A stretch of DNA of 63,358 bases, filler included, from Olpidium bornovanus S191 (taxonomy: Eukaryota; Fungi; Olpidiomycota), in assembly GCA_017911155.1 (NCBI GenBank). It is 29 parts of 29 records of this genome, joined end to end, with 100 filler letters (N's around TTAATTAATTAA, not from the genome) between each part and the next. Parts side by side here need not be neighbours in the genome. Positions count along the whole stretch, not along the records: positions 54,928 to 56,609 come from JAEFCI010004425.1; positions 56,710 to 60,424 come from JAEFCI010010535.1; positions 60,525 to 63,358 come from JAEFCI010003294.1; 26 more parts are not named here. One strand, written 5' to 3'. The notes under the pieces are model-generated. The model was given only the letters and a program-made list of their open reading frames with translations. It did no database searches and was not told the origin of the DNA. The position numbers and the translations under genes were made by a program. Positions 54,928 through 63,358 of this stretch are shown piece by piece (position 1 is the first letter of the stretch; each line of letters begins with the position of its first letter).

Positions 54928-56186
54928 CATGGCATTGTTGCCGCCGAGCTCGAGGATCAGTTTGCCGAAACGCTTCTGCACGCTCACGCCGACTTTACCC
55001 CCGGTGTTAGTAGAGCCTGTGAAGCTGATTAGGTTGACGTCGTGGCTGTCGACCAGGTGCTGGCCGATCTGAGACCCGCCGCAGGCCAAGCTGCACAGTG
55101 CACCGGGTAAGCCGTTAGCCTCCAGCACCTCTCCGAGCACCTTGGTTTGCGCAATGCTGATAAGCGGGGTGGACTGGTGTGGCTTCCAGACCGTCGCGTT
55201 GCCCGTCACCAGCGCGAGCGCGACGTTCCAGCCGTGCACAGCGGAGGGGAAGTTGAACGCGGAGATGACGCCAACGACGCCTGAGATGAAGAGACTACGT
55301 ATTCAAATCCAGCGCAAGAACGAGAACCGCTGAAAAATCCTTTGTAAGCACGTACCAAGCGGGTGGAACTGTTCCATCATAAAGTGACCCGGGCGCTCAG
55401 ACGGGATGACCTGACCGTTCAGCATCCTTGAAAGGCCGACGGCATAGTCGGCTATGTCAATGAACTCCTGAACCTCGCCGAGACCCTCGGCCTTGATCTT
55501 CCCAACCTCCAAGGACACAAGCGCGCCTAGGGCGTGGCGTTGTTGATGAAGCTTCTCGCGCATCTGCCGCACGATATCACCGCGCTTCGGAGCAGGGACC
55601 TGCAGGGAAGGGTTGCGCGGGTATCCGTTCGATCTTCAACACGACGCCAACCCCGGCTTTCGAAGCAAAACCGAAGTTTACACCGACGTTCCGCCACGTC
55701 TTATAAGCCTGCTTCGCGGCCGCAATGGTTTTCTCCAGCTCTTTAGGAGTTGCCTGCGGGACGCGGTCAAAAGATGGTTGGTGACAAGGAGTCTAAGAAC
55801 AAGACAAAATGAAGCCTTCCAGAGCGATCCTCTGACAGCGCGTTTGCGCAACGAGTTTTGAGCGACCGAGTTCCACTCCAAGGTCGGCACAAATAACCGC
55901 ATGTCCGCACGCTCACCGTGACAACCTCGGCGATGACCTCGTTCGTGACCGGGTTGACGCTTTTGACGATCTCGCCCGACCCACACCATTTGCCGTTATA
56001 GACCCCGAGGTTTCCCTTGCGTTCGATTCCGAACGTGTCGAAAATGTCCTTGTACTTCGTGAACGTAGAGGAGGACCGGCGCGCTGCTCGCGCGGGACGG
56101 GCCGTTGTCGCGGACGTCGCCGCGAAGAGCGCAAACGGCGCGTTGGGGCCGCCGCGTTTCGCGCGCGAGATAATCGAGAGAAACAT
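54928..56186 (-). CDS. ALDH7A1: Aldehyde dehydrogenase family 7 (antiquitin / aminoadipate-semialdehyde dehydrogenase), 5' part with mitochondrial-type presequence; 3'-truncated
   Basis: [34 protein letters not shown]...[61 protein letters not shown], and ISFTGST...[10 protein letters not shown]. The N-terminus from ATG 56186 is R/S/A-rich with no acidic residues. Confidence 0.95.
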
Positions 56187-56300
56187 AGTGGGGGACCTGG
56201 GGGGGGGGGGCGGGGGCGGTCAGGGTTGAAGATCGGGCCGCTCTTGGCTCTCCAGCGCGCCAGGGGCGAGTGTCCCTGGTTCGGTTTGCGGAAACGGGCA

Positions 56301-56440
56301 CCGCTGGAGAGAGTCCTTTGGTTACCGCTGGGGGATCGGCACCTTCCGTCGCCGCAGACGGGCAGAAGTTCCGCTGGAGAGAGTCCTTTGGTTACCGCTG
56401 GGGGATCGGCGCCTTCCGTCGCCGCAGACGGGCAGAAGTT
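56301..56440. repeat. Near-perfect 70-bp tandem duplication upstream of ALDH7A1
   Basis: CCGCTGGAGAGAGTCCTTTGGTTACCGCTGGGGGATCGGC(A/G)CCTTCCGTCGCCGCAGACGGGCAGAAGTT occurs at 56301 and 56371 with one mismatch. Confidence 0.95.
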
Positions 56441-56709
56441 TAAGGGAGGAAACGACGCGCAGCGTATGAGAGAAGAAACGAGAATTCCCCTGCCAACCAA
56501 ACAGTTCCTGGTAGAAGACGCGTAATTAGGCTGCGCGCGCGCGTGCTCCGGACGCCGGCGACGGCGGCGGGGAGGGATGGGGTTTAATAACTTCACGAGG
56601 GGCCACATGNNNNNNNNNNNNNNNNNNNNNNNNNNNNNNNNNNNNNNNNNNNNTTAATTAATTAANNNNNNNNNNNNNNNNNNNNNNNNNNNNNNNNNNN
56701 NNNNNNNNN

Positions 56710-58550
56710 CGGCGGCGTGATTGACGGGTTCTGGAAGTTGTCCTGGCCCCTTGTTTTCCGAGGCCGCCATCAATCGATCTGAACCGCCCGCGGAAGTCGG
56801 GGTGCGAGGATCCTCCAAGTTCTGAGATCCGGTACCGTCATACATCCTCTTAACCTGCCGCCCCACCCGGTCCACGTACTCCTGTTCAAGGAGCCCAATG
56901 TCCGTCGGCATCGGAAACGTTTCTATATATTCATGTTTTTCTTTTCCGTGCTTTCTGTTATGTCCGACGACTTCCAGCCTTGACCTGTCCCCGCTGTGAC
57001 GCTTCGTAGATTACGCTAGTGAGCAAGATTGCAACTTAAAATCCAGATAGAAATACATTTTCCTTTGCTAACAGACCCCATAAAACGGATCCAGCATTGC
57101 GATCACCGATTTCAACTGCTTCCTTCGTAGGTCCCTGTATGTACTTTTATGCGGTGGCCATGGCCTAAGAACGCGATGGTTTCTGAGTTGCTGAGCCTCA
57201 AAGCAAAATTTTGCGGTACGAAAGCGTTTAGTCAGGAACTTACTTGTGCATTGGTAACTGGAGGCGTTCGACCCTAAATTGCAGGGATGGTTTTAGCGGT
57301 GTCTGAATAAATACAAAGAAACGCTTTGAACGAACGTGAGCACCGCAGTTCACTCATAACGTACTCTCGAGGGCCACCGCGAGGTAACGGCATCGACAGA
57401 CCGACAAGATCGCTGCCAATCTTGAGATTTGTTTTCCAAAAATCAACGTTGCCTTTCTCCAGGAGCTGTATTGCCTGGTCGAGCAGCTCCCTTTCCTCGA
57501 CCACCATACGGAACTCGGCCATTCGCGCCATGACCAAGTCACGAGGGTCCTAGCCACGAGTTTCAGACGAGCTGCATCAGGTGGTGCTTTCGATGTCGAC
57601 GAATCGCAGGCAGATCGGACAAGGCGTTTTGTGTACCCGCTTCAATGATTTGGCCAGAGCACGCTCCACTTGTGCCCAGTGTACGCTGTGCCGGTTCCAA
57701 TTTTTGAGAGCTCTTTCCTGCCGAAGTGCGCTGACATGAGATACGCACAGGCCGGTTTTAGTGATGCGGCAAATGTATGCGGCAATGAAGCCCTGTTGTG
57801 TCCTTCGAGCTCACCGGTAACGTTCAAATATATGGATCGTGTTAAGGTAACGTCTGCGGTCCTCAGCTTCTAGCGCTGCGGCCGCGGCTTCCCCTTCCTC
57901 CTCTTCGGACTCAACAGACTGAATGCCTTCTGCTTCCTTTGCAAGAAGTATAATTGTATTTGGTTGGTGCAATCCCGCTCGTAAATGCTGCCTTGGCATT
58001 CTTTCGGCAGGCGTTACCTTCGTCTCCTGCACTTCATCTTCAGGCTTCCTGTGGTTCCCGTGAATAGACTCAAAGTATTCAAAGTCTTCCGGATCCCCTA
58101 GGACACTGTGTTCGATCAGATGGCCGTCCTTGGTGCGACGTGGCCCATGCTATTGCGGCACGGCGGCATGTCAGCAATCTCCAGGGGGCCCTAGCCAACC
58201 CTCAAAGCAAACTTGTCTCTGCGTATCAGAGTTTGCTTGCATACAGTTTTCGCCGTCAGAATGCTGAGCGGCACAGTCTGCAACGGGGTGACGAACTGAT
58301 CTTTTTTCTCACATTGCGCGGGATTTTTCCATCAGCCCGAGCAAAAACCGGGCTGTTTGTCATTGGCTGAAGTTCGAATTGGCTCCCTTCCCTTACCGAC
58401 TCCATCTGGGCATTCTCGGTCCGTTATCTTCTTTGCAATAATAACAGTCTTCTTTCGTGGCGCGGCGTGGGTGCCTGGAACGCCCTGGGTAATCATCGGC
58501 ATTGGCTCCGTTCCGACCGAACCAGACACACCAGAGTCATCAATGGCCAT
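56710..58550 (-). CDS. MYCBPAP/FAP147-like ciliary protein, multi-exon fragment (clearest exons 57717-57637 and 57549-~57364); 3'-truncated
   Basis: A phase-0 join gives ERALKNWNRHSVHWAQVERALAKSLKRDPRDLVMARMAEFRMVVEERELLDQAIQLLEKGNVDFWKTNLKIGSDLVGLSMPL. This resembles the recalled MYCBPAP N-terminal block (AL..W...LLM...YR..EER.LID...FW...IG..L.GL), and a later exon has LEVVG. Other exon boundaries are uncertain. Confidence 0.6.
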
Positions 58551-61500
58551 TTATCACACGAGCCGCCGTCGTTGATCGCTTCCTGTCGTCGCGTCCAAAT
58601 CCGTGTCCACGAGATTTCACGAAGCAATTTTCTGTGTGACGGCGAGCTCGCTAGGGTCAACATCGCTGGACGATTTCTCAGGCAATTGGGCACCCGAGCC
58701 GTTTTCGGCCTCCAACGCAAACAGCGTCACAACGATACCAAAGCGTTATGCGTATGCGAGCGGATAAGGCAAAAATCATTTTTCGCGCATTTTTGCGAGA
58801 CACTTTGGCCTTGGGCAAAGTTCAGCGGGCCAGCAGCCTCTGCTCCCGCTCCCCCTGGCCGCGGCGTTCATATCGGGCGAGTTGCCCGGCGGCGCTCCGC
58901 CGCGGCTTGCCCTACCTTGGGCTGCCGCCTGCGTCCGGCCTGTTTTCCGCCTGTGGTCTTCTGTCCAAAGCCCGACGAAGCCACAGACCCACTGGCACCC
59001 GTCCGCCCGCTTGAGGGGGGGGAGGGGAGCTTCCTGCCACCGCAGACCGGGAAGAACCTCGGCGTCGAGGGGGCGAAGGCAGGGGGGGGGGTGAAGTTGT
59101 TGGGCTTCCCTGTTCCGAGGCGCGCCAGAAACGCTGGCCGTGTGGTCTCCGCGCGGGCCCAGTCAACCTCCGCCGCGCCGCGACTCCGCAGCAGCAACGC
59201 CCGCGCGTCGGTTGCGGAGGGTGTGGAGGTCCGCGCGCGCCGGCGTTTTTGCCTGAGGAGCTCTGTGCTGATCAGAAACGTGACGCGCCGCCCGCCCTCG
59301 TCATCCCCTAACCTCCTGACCCTAACCAACCCTAATCCTCCCCTCTACTTCCCCCGCCCCCCTTACCCCGCCGGGAGCAAAAACATCCGCCCCGCACCAG
59401 CGAAACCGAACAAAACGCAGTCGCTAGCCGGCGACGACAACAGTTCTGTGTGTGATGGACGGCGCCGTTTCGCCTCGTTGCGTACCGTTCTCTTCCGCGG
59501 AAGCCGATCCGAACCGCTCCTAAGAAGCTGGGGTGCCCACCCACTCCCCCCCCACACACACACAAATCTGTCCCTCACACGCGCGCTCGCGACGCCAATG
59601 CAGTGAGGCCTGAATGTGTTGTGCTCCGCGTTTACGCAAGTACCCGGGGGGTAGGGGAGGGGGGGAGGGGCCGGGGTTGGAGCCCCCAACGCCCCCCGTT
59701 GTGTTCGTTTCGAGAAATAAAGCGGCGGCGGGCTCTTCCCCTCTCCTACGCCCTGTCTCAAAGGGCGATCGACCCGAGGACGAGCGGCAAACAAAAAATT
59801 TGGCCCCCACCCAGCGACGGCTCACCCCCCACCGCTCTGCCGTGCGTTTGGCAGTTCGAACTTCGTACAAAAAAGATCCAGGGACGGAAAGAGACTCTCG
59901 GAAACCCCCGCATTTTGTTATTTTGCTAGGGCCCGAGAATTCCCTAGGGAGCTCCACACCCCCTCCTCGCCAGCGGCTCCGCTCATTTCACTGTTGAAGC
60001 GTTTTTGCTGAGGACGTCTTCCAGCCGGAACCCGCTGGACACGATCCCGAGCGACTGGCGAAATTTGTCTCTGTTGATTTGAACGCGATTAATCGCGTCG
60101 CGGATGTTCAGTTCGACGGCTCTAGTGTTTTGTTTTTGGCCGGCGTGCGTGATGTGTGTGTGGGGTGGAAGGGTGGGCGGCGGAGAAATGGGGAAGGAAC
60201 AGAGAAATAAAAGGAAAGTAAGCAAAATCTGTCGGAATCCCCTTTTTTTTTCCGCGGGCGGAAGTGCACTTTTTTTTTTGACGCACCGCTTGTCCCGGAT
60301 CAGCATGTTTGAAATATTTACCAACACGTTGTTGAAGCCTGCGAGACGGTGCGCGACACAGGGGAGGCGATGGAAGGGCAGTTCAACCGCCTGGACAACC
60401 ACACGGTTGGTAACCAAGATGGTANNNNNNNNNNNNNNNNNNNNNNNNNNNNNNNNNNNNNNNNNNNNTTAATTAATTAANNNNNNNNNNNNNNNNNNNN
60501 NNNNNNNNNNNNNNNNNNNNNNNNATCCGTTGTGTTCCCGGCCGATGGCTGCGAGGATCCTGGCTTCGACTGGATCACTTGCGAATTCTGAGATAGCTGT
60601 GGATATGGTCAACAAACTTCCGATCAAATTAGTGACATTCCATGCTGCTCGCTTCACCCACTTCGATGACTCACCGATGGTTGACCAGAAACAACTTGAT
60701 CTTCCATCTGGTGAGAGCCAAACCCTTTTTCCGCCCGGATCGGGTGGGTGTGTGTGATCATTATTCGATGCGCCCCCTTGTCGGTTCGAACAGGCGGTCG
60801 GCAGGGGCCCTACAACCACTCATAAAAATCCTCCTCCAGGTTCCTCTTCTGTAAATATTTCTCAAATTCGGCTGGTGGTTTCGACTGGCGGTGGTCCAGA
60901 TATTTGCGGTGGCGGTCATCATGCATATCGACCACTGCGAACCGATTGTCGTAACGTCATCTAGCCCGTCGAAGTACCCTTCGACCTGTCGGACCGGGAG
61001 CTTCGCGGGGCTTCGTCCCTTTGTTTATTATTTTCTTCATTCGTGGGTTGGTGCGGGTTTTGTTCGCACGCCCAAGCGCATTAATCGCCCGACACCGCAC
61101 GCGAGGTGGTCCAGCTTCTCTACTAGAGTCTTGTCACGGCGCGGCAATCCCCCCACCGAACGATTTATTATGTGTGCGGTGTGGAAGTAAAACCCGGCTG
61201 AGCCCTATCTGTGGCTGAGGCGCGCTGGGGAGAGGGCGAAGTCAAACTAGGACTCAGTGGTGTTGTCATCTCACTCCAAAGAGAGAGTGCATTCTCTGAC
61301 CTTCCAAGTCACTCCTCCGATTGGTACCAATTATCAGAGAGTGCTGAGAGTGCCTGGTGGCGGCGGGGTGTACTTCAGTGGGCAACGGGGGCCCCGCCCC
61401 AAGGGGACAGGACGATGTGTCGCGGCGAGGCAGGGTTCTGCAATTAAAGTAGATTATCTGTAAAAACCCCAACTCCACTGTTCCGCTGGTTGGCGCCCTA

Positions 61501-61553
61501 GGGGGTGGCCCACGTTGCGGGGGGGGGGGGGGGGGGGGGGGGGGCCCCCCGGG

Positions 61554-61590
<37 letters not shown>

Positions 61591-61654
61591 CGCCGTGCTG
61601 GGGGAGTGGGCGCAAGTTGGGGCGTTGCTGAGCAGACGCGCCACACATTCTGCT

Positions 61655-62621
61655 ACACCCCTCCCACTTTCCTTCTCCAGAAAAGTGTCAAGGAGGCCTG
61701 ACGTCGTTGTGGCGAGTCGGCTTGTCCTTCGACTTAATCCCCGTCTTCCGTCGTCGGTCCGCGCGGTGGACCTGGTCGTGCCTCCGGTTTATAAACAAAA
61801 AACTTTCCTTTCGGTTTTCCGTAACACTCCGTTGCACTGTTGACTAGTGGTATGTTGGTTGCATTCCGGACGGCGAGGTCCACGAATCGAATCCCGGGTA
61901 TGCAATCGCTGTCACTAAATCGAGGGGCCCAAGGGAACTTGGGTAGCAGGGTTGTCGGCTTCGTAGGTGCATTGGCACCTGATATCGGAGTGAATGCCCC
62001 GCAGTGAAACGTATCGGACTGTCCCAATTACTGGAAGGAGCAGCGCTTACGGGCGTGGGCGAGTTGGTCGGGTTGAAAACCGGCTTTCACTGATACGTGT
62101 CCACTCGCGATGGCATCAAGGGGCGATGGAGTGTTTTGCCTGCCCCCCCTCCCCCCCCCTTTTTTTTGTACACTGGTCCGGTCTCGTTGTGGCAGTTCTA
62201 TGACTTGCCAGGGTCGGTTGGAGCAGGTTCGAGTGGTTTATAGATGTGCCGAGGTCTGCCTAGGCGTAGAATGCCGGAAGGTGGCGAGGCGGCCGGGCGC
62301 ATTGGCGAGGTTTTCCTCTGGTTCCCAAGTGGCTTCAACAAGGTCGTGAACTGGCGTGAATTGTGTGGAGGCGTGTTTGGATGCTCGGTAAGCCCATAGA
62401 GCTGCATCAAGGAACCTGTCTCAATTCATGGAGTTGTGTTCAAGGCAGTACGAACGCAGAATGGCTACGAGCGTCTTGTTGAACTGCTCAGCTGTGTCAT
62501 TGTTGGACGGATTGTACAGCGTCGTGGTGACATGCGTTATGGCCATGCGGTCGGTCAGGCATGTGATGACGTTGTTCACAAATCTGGGGCCATGGTCCAT
62601 TTGGATGCGTTTGGGTATAAC
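61655..62621 (-). mobile_element. Degenerate Ty3/Gypsy-type integrase with polypurine tract and start of the 3' LTR
   Basis: The rve core reads VIPKRIQMDHGPRFVNNVITCLTDRMAITHVTTTLYNPSNNDTAEQFNKTLVAILRSYC..*DRFLDAALWAYRASKHASTQFTP, with the conserved Trp replaced by TGA at 62423-62421. A frameshifted LLPKF.GP-like remnant follows. The PPT GGAGAAGGAAAGTGGGAGGGG (61678-61658) is directly followed by TGT. Confidence 0.82.
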
Positions 62622-62877
62622 CGTATAAACTGCACCTCTTTCTCCTTTTCAAGATGTATATTACCCGCCCCCTCCCCCTCCCCTCCCCCCTCCTCCCACC
62701 CCGCCCCCCGCGGCGGCCCCCCCTTTTATACGGGCGCCTGACACACACCCCCCCCCCACCCCCCGCCATCTTGAGGGCGCGGAGGGAAGGGCAGTGTCGG
62801 GCGGTGTGCACAGATAGGCGGCACGAATAGCAGACATTCAAGTCTTGCTAAAAAGCAAAAAAGGTGGGGCAAACGGT

Positions 62878-62948
62878 AAGGCAAAAAGTAAAGCAAATAT
62901 TCAAGGAAAGGCAAAAAGTAAAGCAAATATTCAAGGAAAGGCAAAAAG
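62878..62948. repeat. 30-bp tandem repeat, about 2.3 copies
   Basis: GCAAAAAGTAAAGCAAATATTCAAGGAAAG at 62881 and 62911, plus a partial copy at 62941. Confidence 0.9.
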
Positions 62949-63358
62949 GAAAGGGTGCTTACCTTGGAGGCATTAGCCCACCTTGGAGGCATTAGCCCCT
63001 GGCTCATCCCGGCCCTTGCCCCCCCCTGTTCTCCGTCATCCGTCATCTTATTCTCTCTCTCTCTCTCTCTCTCTTCTCTTCCTTCATTGGCGGCATCCCG
63101 CACACCGGCCCTTTTTTTGCCTCTCTCTTCTTGGCGGGTATACGGCTGACCCCGGCCGGACGTGTCCCCCTCTGGGGGGGGGGGGGGGCATCTGTTGAAT
63201 TCTGCGTTGCGTTCGAAAGGAGCTCGCGGGAGCTGCTCTATTCCGGGAATCTACCCTATTTTATAGAGAGGATTTCAGGGGAAAACCCAGGTGGGCGCGG
63301 TGCACTATCTCCCCCCTGAACCCCCTTTGTTTCAGGTCTTGTTTCAGCACCCCGCCTC

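Noticed and set aside
13848-56609. In vivo cleavage by a viral or endosymbiont CATG restriction enzyme as the cause of CATG contig ends
   Set aside because: No viral, bacterial or restriction-modification gene is visible in the window. A library or assembly cause is simpler.
61266-61843. Poly-Pro ORF as the missing proline-rich tail of the WASP gene
   Set aside because: It derives from G/C homopolymer runs just inside a presumed LTR on a different contig, and has no WH2 or acidic motif.

Overview
This window is not contiguous DNA. It is 29 short eukaryotic contigs (about 1-3.7 kb; the first and last may be cut by the window edge) joined by 28 identical 100-nt artificial spacers (44 N + TTAATTAATTAA + 44 N), so no synteny can be inferred across spacers. 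The genes have GT-AG introns and are GC-rich, with long homopolymers and microsatellites. Gene content points to a flagellated (zoosporic) fungus (inference): fungal-type SEC72, VTS1, SER3/SER33, CYB2 and a LAS17/WASP WH1 domain occur with cilium genes (CFAP74, MYCBPAP-like). Other recognisable, mostly partial, genes are VPS50/syndetin, HEI10, THO2, TMEM164, oligopeptidase B and ALDH7A1. Four LTR-retrotransposon remnants are present: a Copia with a Ty5-type PBS, a short LTR and a repeat-array leader; a Bianca-like Copia; a Copia RNase H end; and a Gypsy-type integrase with PPT and LTR start. The best candidates for novelty are a secreted-looking protein with internal repeats (1480-2514), a ~1000-codon exon with a 30-aa repeat array, a large ASH/Ig-like protein, a GPI-anchored surface protein and the Bianca-like element. 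17 of 56 contig ends fall exactly on CATG, most likely a library signature. I found no rRNA, tRNA or CRISPR array, and I cannot support a coherent novel multi-gene system. All family calls come from recalled motifs, not database searches.
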